Shown: positions 19,841 through 29,084 of the stretch, in pieces
Layout: every line of letters starts with the position of its first letter
Position numbering within the stretch: the stretch's first letter is position 1
NCBI GenBank assembly: GCA_035519475.1
Contig: DATIWI010000179.1
Coordinates: 29,499-93,498 of the forward strand
DNA length: 64,000 nt
DNA from: Opitutaceae bacterium
Lineage (GTDB): Bacteria; Verrucomicrobiota; Verrucomicrobiia; Opitutales; Opitutaceae
Direction: 5' to 3'
Program-made: the position numbers and the translations under genes
The notes under the pieces: generated by a model
What the model saw: only the letters and a program-made list of their open reading frames with translations
Databases searched by the model: none
What the model was told of the DNA's origin: nothing

Positions 19841-20764
19841 ATGGAAAAGATCCCGTATTTTGACCACACCCTGACCCGCTGGCAGGTGGGCTCATCCACC
19901 TTCCTCGCGCTCCCGGAAAAGGGCGCGCGCCTGATGAACTGGCATCTCACACTCGCCGACGGCACCGTGCGCGATGTCATCTACTGGCCCGAGGTGCAGT
20001 CGCTCGACGACTTCGCGCGGGTCCGCGGCGGCAATCCCATCTTGTTTCCGTTCTGTGGCCGCACGTTTGACCACGGGGATATCCATTTCTGGCGCGACGA
20101 GAATGGCGTGCGCCGGCCGATGCCGCTGCATGGATTGGCCCGCCAGGGCGAATTTCAAGTGACCCGGCTCGACGAGCGCGGATTCACCGCGCTCTTCCGC
20201 CCCGGCGACGAGGCCCGCGCTGCCTACCCCTATGATTACGAATTCACCGTCAGCTACCGGTTCGAGCCGCTGGCGATGTTCGTGGAACTGAGCCTGCGCA
20301 ACCTCGACAGCAAGCCGATCCCCTGGAGCGGCGGCCACCACTTCTATTTCACCCTGCCGTGGCACGACGGCCGTACCCGCGCTGATTATTTCATCCGCAT
20401 CCCGGCGACCGCCACGCTTCGACAGGATTTTGAACGGGGCCCGCTGCATATCGGTCCCCGTCTCGGCCGCGAGGAATTGCTCGCGAACAAGGACCTGATC
20501 GATGTCCTCCACACCGGCCTGAAGAACAATACGGTGGTCTTCGGGGAGCGCGGAGGCGAAGACCAGATCGTCATACGCATCGGCCCCGATCGCGTGCCGC
20601 CCAAGCCAACGGTGGTCGTGACTTGGACGCACGCCGACGACTCGCCCTTCTACTGCGTGGAGCCGTGGATGGGACCCGCCAACGCGCCGGAACACAAGAC
20701 CGGCCTGTACCAGGTGGCGCCGAGCCAGACCCAAACGTTTCTTGTCCAGATTAGCCTGAAATAG
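19841..20764 (+). CDS. Aldose 1-epimerase-family protein
   Basis: GGNPILFPFCGR and later His/Glu-containing blocks typical of the galactose-mutarotase-like fold. Start trimmed to MEKIPYF (ATG at 19841). Confidence 0.7.
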   Translation: MEKIPYFDHTLTRWQVGSSTFLALPEKGARLMNWHLTLADGTVRDVIYWPEVQSLDDFARVRGGNPILFPFCGRTFDHGDIHFWRDENGVRRPMPLHGLARQGEFQVTRLDERGFTALFRPGDEARAAYPYDYEFTVSYRFEPLAMFVELSLRNLDSKPIPWSGGHHFYFTLPWHDGRTRADYFIRIPATATLRQDFERGPLHIGPRLGREELLANKDLIDVLHTGLKNNTVVFGERGGEDQIVIRIGPDRVPPKPTVVVTWTHADDSPFYCVEPWMGPANAPEHKTGLYQVAPSQTQTFLVQISLK

Positions 20765-20918
20765 CCCCAGGATCCTCGCGGCGGCCGTCCGCCACCCCAA
20801 CCTGCGACCGTGGCATTCCTGCGGCTGCAGAGTTCCTCTCCCGCGACCCGGCCACCGCACCCTGAGCCCGAAATCCCTTGCCGCCAGACGCCCATCGCCT
20901 CCGCCGAGGTTGACCACC

Positions 20919-21236
20919 ATGTTCGCGCCCCATTCCAGTCTGGCATTCTTGGATGTCGGGGGCCCGGAACTCATGATGGTGATGCTGGTGATGCTGCTGC
21001 TTTTTCCCAGCAAGCGGATACCCGAATTGGCCCGGGGGATCGGGAAGACCCTCCGTGAATTCAAGAGAGCCGCGAGCGGGTTCGAGGATGAACTGAGACG
21101 GGCCATGGAAACCCCGCCGTCGCCTCCGCAGCCGCGCCAGTCGGCCCCCCCACCGGGGGTTTCCCCGTCGCCGAATCCCGCTCCCAGCCCGCCGGTCGAG
21201 CCTGCCCCGCCACCCGCGGAGCATCCGCTTTCCTAG
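20919..21236 (+). CDS. tatA: Twin-arginine translocase subunit TatA/E
   Basis: GGPELMMVMLVMLLLFPSKRIPELARGIGKTLREFKRA is the canonical TatA TM plus amphipathic helix. ATG at 20919 preferred to the TTG at 20910. Confidence 0.85.
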   Translation: MFAPHSSLAFLDVGGPELMMVMLVMLLLFPSKRIPELARGIGKTLREFKRAASGFEDELRRAMETPPSPPQPRQSAPPPGVSPSPNPAPSPPVEPAPPPAEHPLS

Positions 21237-21288
21237 CAGGAGCCTTCTGTCCGCCCCGTGGATCGCCTCCAGCCGGGCGAGTTCCCCC

Positions 21289-21576
21289 ATGTCCGAAGAC
21301 TCTCCACCTGTTCGCATTCCCATCACCGACGAGCTGGATCTGCACACCTTTCGGCCCGCCGAAATCACCAGCCTGCTCGAGGAGTATTTCAAGGCCTGCG
21401 GCGAACGGGGACTGCGCGAGGTGCGCCTCATTCACGGCAAAGGCACCGGGGCACTTCGCGCCACCGTTCATTCCTTGCTGCGGCGTTCCTCCCGGGTGGA
21501 GTCGTTCCGTCTGGGCAATGAGACCAGTGGCGGGTGGGGCGCCACGGTGGTCAGGCTGAAATCGCCGCCGGAATGA
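21289..21576 (+). CDS. Smr (small MutS-related) domain protein
   Basis: LDLHTFRPAEI...VRLIHGKGTGALRATV is an Smr domain signature. 95 aa. Confidence 0.8.
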   Translation: MSEDSPPVRIPITDELDLHTFRPAEITSLLEEYFKACGERGLREVRLIHGKGTGALRATVHSLLRRSSRVESFRLGNETSGGWGATVVRLKSPPE

Positions 21577-21664
21577 CACCTTCGGGCGCCGCCCATCCAC
21601 CGCCGACGCCACCCGTCATTGCATGATTGTGCCCGCCGGGAAAAACTCCATTTTCGCTCCAACC

Positions 21665-22210
21665 ATGAATACCCCGCTCTTCTACGGACTCATTCTCGCG
21701 CTGGTCAATGTCGTCTACACGCTGGTCGCCTTCTTTCTGGGGTTCCAGACCGACAAACTCGCCCAAGGCCGCTGGTTTGGATTGCTGCTTCTTGTCGTGG
21801 CGATTGCCATCGTGTGGCTCGGGGTCAAGGCAGTGCGGGAGGAGGCTGCGGACAAGGCATTGAGCTACGGCAAGGGCGTGAAGAGCGGCTTCTTGATCAG
21901 CCTCTACTCGAGCCTCATCAGCACGGTCTACGGCTTCATCCATTTCAAGTTCATCAACCCGAGTTTCGCAGACTACCAAGTCGAAGCCGCGCGCGAGAAG
22001 TGGGTGCAGGCTGGCCTGAGCGACGCCCAGATGGAAGGCGCGGAGAAGTTCGTGCGCTTCTTGATGTCGCCGGGTATGCTCTCGATCACCGGTTTGATTC
22101 TTTCGCTGATCATCGGACTCGTGATCGCGCTCATTCTGGCTGCCTTCCTGAAACGCGCGCCCGCGGCAGCCCTTCCCGGGGCGGATTCACCGCCCCCCGT
22201 CTCCTCCTGA
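21665..22210 (+). CDS. DUF4199-like integral membrane protein
   Basis: MNTPLFYGLILALVNVVYTLVAFFLG..., four predicted TM segments and a central amphipathic segment. Start trimmed to the ATG at 21665. Confidence 0.6.
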   Translation: MNTPLFYGLILALVNVVYTLVAFFLGFQTDKLAQGRWFGLLLLVVAIAIVWLGVKAVREEAADKALSYGKGVKSGFLISLYSSLISTVYGFIHFKFINPSFADYQVEAAREKWVQAGLSDAQMEGAEKFVRFLMSPGMLSITGLILSLIIGLVIALILAAFLKRAPAAALPGADSPPPVSS

Positions 22211-22265
22211 GGGATTTTCAGATCCGCCCGAATTCAGAACCCACACCGCAGATTGGTTCAACAAA

Positions 22266-22293
22266 GAGGCCGGAACCTTTCGGTTCCGGCCTC
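22266..22293. terminator. Bidirectional hairpin terminator between convergent genes
   Basis: Perfect 12-bp stem GAGGCCGGAACC-tttc-GGTTCCGGCCTC. On the minus strand it is followed by TTTGTTG. It lies between the stops at 22210 (+) and 22323 (-). Confidence 0.7.
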
Positions 22294-22322
22294 CACGTTA
22301 GCTGATTCAACGTGCCGCTGCC

Positions 22323-22523
22323 TCAGCGACTGCCCTGCTTCCGCAGTCTGATGCGGTAGTCAAGGGCAGCCAGAGCCAGCAGGGCGATGACCGCGGCGTA
22401 TCCGACAAAGGCGTCGATTCTTTCGAAATCGCGCACCTTCGCAGGGTCGAGGCCGAGGAAGACCGCCGCCGCAAGCACGACGCCCGCAGGCACGAGTCTC
22501 ATCAGTCTACTGTCGTAGTTCAT
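22323..22523 (-). CDS. Small hypothetical membrane protein (66 aa, two hydrophobic segments)
   Basis: ORF with about three quarters G/C at third positions (hand count) and two TM-like segments. Divergent from the LysR gene. Confidence 0.45.
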   Translation of the reverse strand: MNYDSRLMRLVPAGVVLAAAVFLGLDPAKVRDFERIDAFVGYAAVIALLALAALDYRIRLRKQGSR

Positions 22524-22596
22524 GTTTTTGTTTTCTGTTCTGTGTGAATGGTCCCTTTCGGAACCGCGGACAGTATAGCCGATGCTTGCGATAAGA

Positions 22597-22636
22597 ATAG
22601 CAAAGTGCTTCTATCGTTACCATAGTCATAGCCTAT
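22597..22636 (+). promoter_or_regulatory. Putative LysR-type operator array (ATAG/CTAT boxes)
   Basis: ATAG-N10-CTAT-N7-ATAG-N7-CTAT. The distal ATAG-N7-CTAT is a T-N11-A box overlapping the LysR start codon at 22635. Confidence 0.4.
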
Positions 22637-23561
22637 GGAACTAAACCAGCTTCGTTATCTTCTTGCTGCCGCGGATTCAGGGAATTTCACCCGGGCTTCG
22701 GAACGTTGCGGCGTTTCCCAACCGTCGCTCAGTCAACAGATAATAAATCTGGAACGCGAGCTTGGCCACCGGCTCTTCCACCGCCTTGGACGCAAAGTCG
22801 TCCCAACGGAGGCGGGGCGAGTATTCCTTGAAAGGGCGCGCTATATTATCCGCGAGATCGAAGATGCATCCAAAGAGCTCAAAGACAGCCCAACCCTAGA
22901 GCGGCACATCAAGGTCGGCACGGTGCCGACGCTTGCGCCCTATCTTTTTCCGCCCCTGCTTGAGCATTGCCGTCAGGTTCACCCCTACCTCCTCGTTCAC
23001 ACCCATGAGGATTTTCGTCCCGACTTGATGCGTGGAGTCGTGGACGGCGATCTCGACTTGGCCGTGGTACCACAGCCAGTCAAGGATCCTCGTGTTTCCA
23101 TAGAACCTCTTTTTACGGAGCCACTTCTATTGGTCGTGAGCCCAAATCACCCGCTAGCTGCGAAACCTGAGATCACTGGCCGTGACTTGGCGGACCAAGA
23201 TTTTGTGCTTTTGGGTCATTCGAGCAGCCTGGCCATGGAGATTGAGCGGTTCTGCGGCGATCACGACTTCGCCCCGCGGCTTGGGCATCGTTGCTCTCAG
23301 GTCGCCACCGTGAAGGCGCTGGTGGCCCTCAACATGGGCATCTCGATCCTGCCTCGGATCGCGCAGGGGCCGGGCGACGACAAGACGCTCGTTTACCGCG
23401 AACTTTCCGGCCGGGTGCCCATGCGCGATGTGGTGATTGTCCGTCACCTCCAGCGTTACCAGACCAGGGGGGCGGAGCTTTTTCTCAAGGTGCTGCGCGC
23501 GTTCACCAGTCAACCCGTCACCACTGGCGGTGCCAAGGAGAGTGCTACGCCCAAGTCGTGA
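22635..23561 (+). CDS. LysR-family transcriptional regulator
   Basis: N-terminal wHTH MELNQLRYLLAAADSGNFTRASERCGVSQPSLSQQIINLERELG plus a LysR substrate-binding domain. It lacks the GHC motif of 2-Cys OxyR. Confidence 0.9.
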   Translation: MELNQLRYLLAAADSGNFTRASERCGVSQPSLSQQIINLERELGHRLFHRLGRKVVPTEAGRVFLERARYIIREIEDASKELKDSPTLERHIKVGTVPTLAPYLFPPLLEHCRQVHPYLLVHTHEDFRPDLMRGVVDGDLDLAVVPQPVKDPRVSIEPLFTEPLLLVVSPNHPLAAKPEITGRDLADQDFVLLGHSSSLAMEIERFCGDHDFAPRLGHRCSQVATVKALVALNMGISILPRIAQGPGDDKTLVYRELSGRVPMRDVVIVRHLQRYQTRGAELFLKVLRAFTSQPVTTGGAKESATPKS

Positions 23562-23587
23562 GACTCGCGCCAGCCGGCGCGCGTCTC
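23560..23587 (+). terminator. GC-rich hairpin overlapping the LysR stop codon
   Basis: GAGACtCGCGCC-agcc-GGCGCGcGTCTC, 11 of 12 positions paired. No U-tract. Confidence 0.4.
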
Positions 23588-23706
23588 GTGCACGCCCACG
23601 GCGGCCTCCTGCGCGACGCCCGGCGGAGCGGGTGGGTGCCGCTGGCTTCCGGCGTTCCGTTTCGGGTTTGCCCGGCTTTCCCCACGCCCCTAGTCTCCGC
23701 CCCCTT

Positions 23707-24024
23707 ATGATCGATCTCATCAAAAAGACTCTGCTGGCGGGTGTGGGAGCGACGATCGTCACCAAGGAAAAAGTCGAGGCTGCGCTGCAGGACTACATCC
23801 GGCAAGGCAAGGTGTCAGCCGCGGATGCGCGCATCATGGCCGACAAGATTGCGGAACAGGGCCGCAAGGAGTTCGAGATCATGAGCGCGGAGTTGGCCGC
23901 CAAGTTCAGGGAACTGGCGGAAAGGGCCGATTTCACCCACAAGGCGCGCCTCGAAGCGCTGGAAGCCCGCGTCAAGAAACTCGAGGCCACCCTGGCCGCG
24001 CGCGGGCCTGATCGCAGCACCTGA
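23707..24024 (+). CDS. Phasin-like coiled-coil protein (COG3937-type)
   Basis: MIDLIKKTLLAGVGATIVTKEKVEAALQDYIRQGKVS... Start trimmed to the ATG at 23707. Ends 22 nt upstream of the UbiB-family gene. Confidence 0.6.
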   Translation: MIDLIKKTLLAGVGATIVTKEKVEAALQDYIRQGKVSAADARIMADKIAEQGRKEFEIMSAELAAKFRELAERADFTHKARLEALEARVKKLEATLAARGPDRST

Positions 24025-24046
24025 CCGCCGCCGCCCGTTCTCCGCC

Positions 24047-25717
24047 ATGCCGGGCGTTTCCCTCAAGCCCTTTGACCTGCTGGCGAACGCCGTGCGGGCC
24101 AAGGAAATCGTGCTCGTGCTCGTCCGGCATGGTTTTGCCGAAATCATCGAGCAGATTGAGACGCCGGGCGCGTGGTGGCAGCGCTTCGTCCCCACTCCCA
24201 AAGAGCGCCGCAGCACGGTCGAGCGCATCCGCCTCGCCGCGGAGGAACTCGGGCCGACCTTCATCAAATTCTGCCAGCTCCTCAGCATGCGGCCCGATCT
24301 GGTGCCGCAGCCGCTGGTGCTGGAGCTGCAGAAATTGCAGGATGCCGTTCAGGCGCTGCCCTTCTCCGCGATGCAGGAGGTGGTGTCGGAGGAACTCGAA
24401 TGCGATTCGGCCGAGGTCTTCAGCGAATTCGACCAGACCGCGGTGGCGTCCGCTTCGCTGGCGCAGGTCTACTTCGCCCGGCTCAGGGCCGACGGACGGC
24501 CGGTGGCGGTCAAGGTGCAGCGGCCCGACCTGCAGAAAGTCGTCGAGGCGGATCTCGATCTCATCGCCTTCTTCGCCGCCCGCATCCACCACTACGTCCC
24601 CCGGTTGCGCCCCTTCGATCTGCCGGCCATCGTGGAGGAGATCCGGGCGGGTTTGATCCAAGAACTGGATTTCCGGCATGAGGCGCGCAATCAGCAGTAT
24701 TTCAACGCCCAGAACCCCAGCCCCGACAAGGTCTTTGCGCCCGAGGTCGTCGGCTCGTTTACCACCCGCCGCCTGCTGGTAATGGAGCGCGTGGAGGGTC
24801 GCCGTGTCGAGCAGGCACCGCTCGCGCCCGATCAAGCCAAAGCGCTCGCGAATGCCGGCGCCACCTCGCTGCTCCACCAGGTCGTGATTACCGGCTTCTT
24901 CCATGCCGATCCACATGCCGGCAATGTGCTCGTGACGGCCGATGGCCGCCTCTGCCTGCTTGACTGGGGACTTGCCGGCCACCTCACGCGCCGGCTGCGC
25001 TATGCCTTGGCTGATCTCCTTCTGGCTGCCGCCGGGCACGACGCCGAGCAGGTCGTCCAGGTCGGAATGAGCCTGGCCGGCGTTGGTGCCAAACCCGACT
25101 ACCGGACCATGGAGAAGGAGGTCACGATTGCGCTGCGCGAGAACCTGAGCTTCGCCGGGGGGGACGAGAAGATCGGGCGGCTCATCCTCCGACTGATCGA
25201 GATCTTCGGCCGCAACGGCATCAGCGTCTCGCGCGACTATGCGCTCGTCGCCAAATCGGTGCTCTCCATCGAGGAACTCGGCCGCGCGCTTGATCCGGAA
25301 TTCGATCTGCGCCGGGTCGCCCGGCCCGTGCTGCGCGAATTGCACCGCGAGCGCTGGAGCCCCCGGGCCCTCCTGGGCAAGACGCGCACTCTGCTCGCCT
25401 CCGCCTTCGGGCGGCTGGGGGATCTCCCCACGGAATTGGACCGCCTGCTGCGCCGGCTGGAGCAGGACGATCTCACGGTCAATTTCCAGCATCGTGGTCT
25501 GGAGGGCTTGAACGAAGCGCTGCGCGCCGCGAGCAACCGGATCGCGCTGGGCGTGATCATCGGAGCGCTCATCATTGGCTCGTCCCAGATCGTCACGACC
25601 GGGATCAGCCCCTACCTCTTCGGCTATCCTTTGCTCGGGATCGTGGGCTATCTGCTTTCCGCCCTGCTCGGCCTCTGGGTGATCTGGGACATCTTCCGTC
25701 ACGGCCGGCACAAATAG
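24047..25717 (+). CDS. ubiB: ABC1/UbiB-family atypical protein kinase
   Basis: LGPTFIKFCQLLSMRPDL, ASLAQVY, VAVKVQRP and HADPHAGN motifs, with two C-terminal TM segments. Confidence 0.85.
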   Translation: MPGVSLKPFDLLANAVRAKEIVLVLVRHGFAEIIEQIETPGAWWQRFVPTPKERRSTVERIRLAAEELGPTFIKFCQLLSMRPDLVPQPLVLELQKLQDAVQALPFSAMQEVVSEELECDSAEVFSEFDQTAVASASLAQVYFARLRADGRPVAVKVQRPDLQKVVEADLDLIAFFAARIHHYVPRLRPFDLPAIVEEIRAGLIQELDFRHEARNQQYFNAQNPSPDKVFAPEVVGSFTTRRLLVMERVEGRRVEQAPLAPDQAKALANAGATSLLHQVVITGFFHADPHAGNVLVTADGRLCLLDWGLAGHLTRRLRYALADLLLAAAGHDAEQVVQVGMSLAGVGAKPDYRTMEKEVTIALRENLSFAGGDEKIGRLILRLIEIFGRNGISVSRDYALVAKSVLSIEELGRALDPEFDLRRVARPVLRELHRERWSPRALLGKTRTLLASAFGRLGDLPTELDRLLRRLEQDDLTVNFQHRGLEGLNEALRAASNRIALGVIIGALIIGSSQIVTTGISPYLFGYPLLGIVGYLLSALLGLWVIWDIFRHGRHK

Positions 25718-25759
25718 GCCGCGCGCCGGAGGGCGGCGGCTGCCGGACCCGGACGCGGC

Positions 25760-27565
25760 TCACGCCGCGGCCGGCAGCGCGCCGGGCAGCAGAAAATGAA
25801 AATCGCTGCCCGCGCCCGGTGCGCTCGTGCAGGCGATGGACCCGCCGTGTGCCACCACGATCTCGCGCGCGATGGCCAGGCCCAGGCCCGCCCCCTTCTT
25901 GATCTGGCCCGGAACCCGGTAAAACTTGTCGAACACGTGCGGCAGGCTTTCCGGCGGAATTCCCGAACCGCGATCCCGCACGCCGAACTTGGCGAAACCG
26001 TCGGCCGTCGGCTCGGCGTAGAGCACGATCTCGCTACCCTCGGGCGAATACTTGCTGGCGTTGGTGAGCAGATTGATGAAGACGTGCCGGACCCGGTCGC
26101 GATCCACCGACACGCGATCCAGGCCTCCGGCGATATTCACCACAATGCGCTGGCCCGCGCCTTCGACCACGGGCCGGATCTCGCCGATGATCGCAGCCAG
26201 CAACTCGTCCACGCGCTCGGCGGTTCGGTTCAGCGCCGTGGCCCCAGCCTCCAGGCGGCTCAGATCCAGCAGGTCGTTGAGGATCCGCAGCAGGCGGTCG
26301 GCGTCATCGCGCGCGGTCTCGAGCAGCTCCCGCTGGGCGGACGAGAGCTGGCCGAGGTTCTGCTCGAGCAGGAGGTAGACTGCCATGCGCAGGCCGGTCA
26401 GCGGCGTCTTCAGTTCATGGCTCACGGTGCCCACCAGATTGTTCTTGGCATCGTCCAGCAGACGAAACTTCGTGACATCCTGCAGCAGGATGGCCGCGCC
26501 CCCGAAACCGGTCAGGGTGTCGCCCACGGCGAGAATCCGCGGCAGGTAGTGGCGGTCTTCGCGTCCGATGCGCAGGACCACCACATGATCGTACCCGGTG
26601 GGCAGGTAATGGTTGCCCGAGGCCAGCACGTCCGCCAGCGGCTGGCGAAGAGGCACCGGCAATCCGCGCGCGAATTCGGGCGCGGCCGCGAGGATCTCGG
26701 CCGCAGGGTTCCTCAGCTCGATCTCGCCGCCCCGCGACACCACAAATACCGGGTCGGGGGACGACGTCAGGGTGGCTTCCATGGTGCGCTGGGCCCGCAG
26801 CACCTTGGCGGTGGTCGCCTCCCGGAAAGCCCGCAGCTTCGCTGCCATTGTGTTGAACGCGCGGGCGAGCTCGCCCAGTTCATCGCGGGACAGCACCGGC
26901 ACTTCGCGGTCGAGGGCCCCCTCGCCCAGAGCCACCGCGGATGAAGTCAGCGCCCGAATGGGCCGGAGGAGGGAGCGGCTCAGGCGATAGGACAGGAACA
27001 GCGAGAGCAGAATCGCCGCGGACATCGCGCCGATGAGGAACTTGATCGTGGTGCGGGTCGCCCGTCCCGCCCGGGCCAGCTCAGCCTGCCAGACCCCGTG
27101 GTCGTATTGGGCCAGTGTCTCGAGCGCGCGGAGGGTGTTGAAGCAGGCGGCAGCGGTCGCACGATGCACCACTTGCCGCGAGAGCGATCCCTCGCGCAGG
27201 AACGTTTCATCCGCCTGCACCTGGGCGAGGAAGGCGGCATCGACCTCCTCGAGGGGCGCGGCGCGGGGCGTGCCCGCGGCGGTGATCGACTGTTCATGCA
27301 GATTGCGCTCGAAGCGGGCGCGCTGGGCGGAGAACTGTTCGCGGGTCTCCAGTGCATCGCCTGCCTGCGTCAGGTTGAGCGCGCTGTCCATGAGCGTGGC
27401 GGCTTCCTTCATCTCCTCCGTGGTCAGCATCGCCCGGTAGTTGGCCGCGAGCGTGACCTCGACGGATCGGCTCAGCTCCAGGCACGTGAACAGCGCATAG
27501 CCCCCCATGGCAATCAAGAGGAGCAGGAGCGGCAGCAGGCCGAGGTAGAGGCGGGTGCGGAGCAT
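25760..27565 (-). CDS. Sensor histidine kinase (TM sensor, HAMP, PAS-like, HisKA, HATPase)
   Basis: H-box VSHELKTPLTGL, N-box LLTNASKYSP, G-boxes DRGSGIP and GAGLGLAIAREI. Start trimmed to MLRTRLYL (ATG at 27565). Confidence 0.85.
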   Translation of the reverse strand: MLRTRLYLGLLPLLLLLIAMGGYALFTCLELSRSVEVTLAANYRAMLTTEEMKEAATLMDSALNLTQAGDALETREQFSAQRARFERNLHEQSITAAGTPRAAPLEEVDAAFLAQVQADETFLREGSLSRQVVHRATAAACFNTLRALETLAQYDHGVWQAELARAGRATRTTIKFLIGAMSAAILLSLFLSYRLSRSLLRPIRALTSSAVALGEGALDREVPVLSRDELGELARAFNTMAAKLRAFREATTAKVLRAQRTMEATLTSSPDPVFVVSRGGEIELRNPAAEILAAAPEFARGLPVPLRQPLADVLASGNHYLPTGYDHVVVLRIGREDRHYLPRILAVGDTLTGFGGAAILLQDVTKFRLLDDAKNNLVGTVSHELKTPLTGLRMAVYLLLEQNLGQLSSAQRELLETARDDADRLLRILNDLLDLSRLEAGATALNRTAERVDELLAAIIGEIRPVVEGAGQRIVVNIAGGLDRVSVDRDRVRHVFINLLTNASKYSPEGSEIVLYAEPTADGFAKFGVRDRGSGIPPESLPHVFDKFYRVPGQIKKGAGLGLAIAREIVVAHGGSIACTSAPGAGSDFHFLLPGALPAAA

Positions 27566-27612
27566 GATCGTTTGAAGCGGCCCTGGCTGCGGCGCCGGAA
27601 GCCTAGCCGGTC

Positions 27613-28947
27613 TTACAGCAATCCGAGCTTCTGCCGTTTGCGGTAAAGAGTGGCCGGATCGATCCCCAGAGTGCGGGCCGCTTCCTCCAGCGTGGCGGAA
27701 ATGCCGAGAATGCGCCGGAGGTGCTCGGCTTCGAGGCTGTCCAGGGTCACGCGCGCGCCGACCTGCACCGACGATTCCGGCCGGTGGGTGAATTCCTCGG
27801 GGAGATCCGCGAGCAGCAAGGCCTCGCCGCCGGCCAGGATGACCGCCCGCTCGATCACATTGCGCAGTTCGCGCAGATTGCCGGGCCACGCATAGGCGCG
27901 GAACGCCGCCGTGACCTCGGGCGCGAAACCCTGCACCTTCTTGCCGAGGCGGCGCGCAAAGAAACCCAGGTAATTCCCGGCCAGGCGCATCAAGTCGCTG
28001 GGACGCTCCTGCAGGCCCGGCAGGGCAACGGTGATCACGTTGAGCCGGTAGAACAGATCCTCGCGAAACCGGCCCGCCTTCATCTCTCCGGCGAGATTGC
28101 GATTGCTGGCGGCCAGCACGCGCACCGTCGCCCGGCGCGGTCGCGCCTCCCCCACCCGCTCGTATTCGCGATCCTGGAGCAGGCGCAGCAGCTTGGGCTG
28201 GATTTCGACCGGCAATTCCCCGACCTCGTCGAGAAACAGCGTGCCGCCCTCCGCGGTCGCCACTTTGCCAAAGGTGTCCTGCACCGCCCCGGTGAAGGCC
28301 CCTTTCACATGGCCAAACAGCTCGCTCTCCAGCAGCTCCTTGGAAAGACTCGGGCAATTGACCGTGACAAAGGGCCGCTCGCGCTGCGCACTGCGGCGGT
28401 GGATTTCGCGCGCCAGGACGTTCTTGCCGGTGCCGCTCGGCCCCAGAATGAGGATCGTTGCCGTGGTGTCGGCGGCCTTGAAGGCGATATCGAACAGGCG
28501 CTGCACCGCGGGTTCCTGGGAGGTCAGATCGATCTCCGGCGACTCGTCGGCCAGCTGTGATTCAAGCTGCTGCACCCGTTGCTCCAGCGAACGGGTCCGG
28601 GCGATCTTCTGCAGGACCTGCCGGATCTGCTCCGGCGTGAACGGCTTCGGAATGAAATCGAAGGCGCCCCGCCGCATCGCCTCGACCGCGACGGTAATGC
28701 TCGCGAACGCGGTGAACATGACCACCGCAAGCCCCGGCGAGACCTCAAGCAGCTTCTCCAGGATCACCAAGCCGTCCTCGGCTCCGAGCTTCACATCGAG
28801 GAAGCACACATCGAAGCCCTCGGTTTCCACCAATTTCAGGGCGCGCGCCCCGTTCGGTGCCTCCACCGCCACATGCCCGGTCGTCTGCACTGCGATGGCC
28901 GTCGTCTTCCGGATGCTGGCTTCGTCGTCGACGATGAGGATTCGCAT
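27613..28947 (-). CDS. Sigma-54-dependent response regulator (NtrC family)
   Basis: Receiver domain (MRILIVDDE...), AAA+ domain with GPSGTGKN, GAFTGA and ESELFGH, and a C-terminal Fis-type HTH. Confidence 0.9.
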   Translation of the reverse strand: MRILIVDDEASIRKTTAIAVQTTGHVAVEAPNGARALKLVETEGFDVCFLDVKLGAEDGLVILEKLLEVSPGLAVVMFTAFASITVAVEAMRRGAFDFIPKPFTPEQIRQVLQKIARTRSLEQRVQQLESQLADESPEIDLTSQEPAVQRLFDIAFKAADTTATILILGPSGTGKNVLAREIHRRSAQRERPFVTVNCPSLSKELLESELFGHVKGAFTGAVQDTFGKVATAEGGTLFLDEVGELPVEIQPKLLRLLQDREYERVGEARPRRATVRVLAASNRNLAGEMKAGRFREDLFYRLNVITVALPGLQERPSDLMRLAGNYLGFFARRLGKKVQGFAPEVTAAFRAYAWPGNLRELRNVIERAVILAGGEALLLADLPEEFTHRPESSVQVGARVTLDSLEAEHLRRILGISATLEEAARTLGIDPATLYRKRQKLGLL

Positions 28948-29040
28948 AAGGCTCCAACACTGTCAGATAAAGGTGCCGACGGTTCCCCGCCAACCCCAAA
29001 CCGGACCCCTCTCGATGGCGCGGGCGCGCTCGCTACTGTC

Positions 29041-29084
29041 CCGCCCCCAAAAGCCAAGGCGGGGCCGCCTGAGGCGACCCCGCC
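29041..29084 (-). terminator. Terminator-like hairpin plus U-rich tail upstream of the response-regulator gene
   Basis: GGCGGGG/CCCCGCC outer stem with inner CGCC-tga-GGCG (29058-29084). On the minus strand it is followed by TTGGCTTTTGGGGG. Confidence 0.4.

Noticed and set aside
20811-20825. Sigma-54-like TGGCATtcctgcgGC upstream of tatA.
   Set aside because: The spacing is correct, but the -12 region is only GC in a GC-rich context, it lies ~95 nt from the ATG, there is no biological expectation for tatA, and a chance occurrence is likely.
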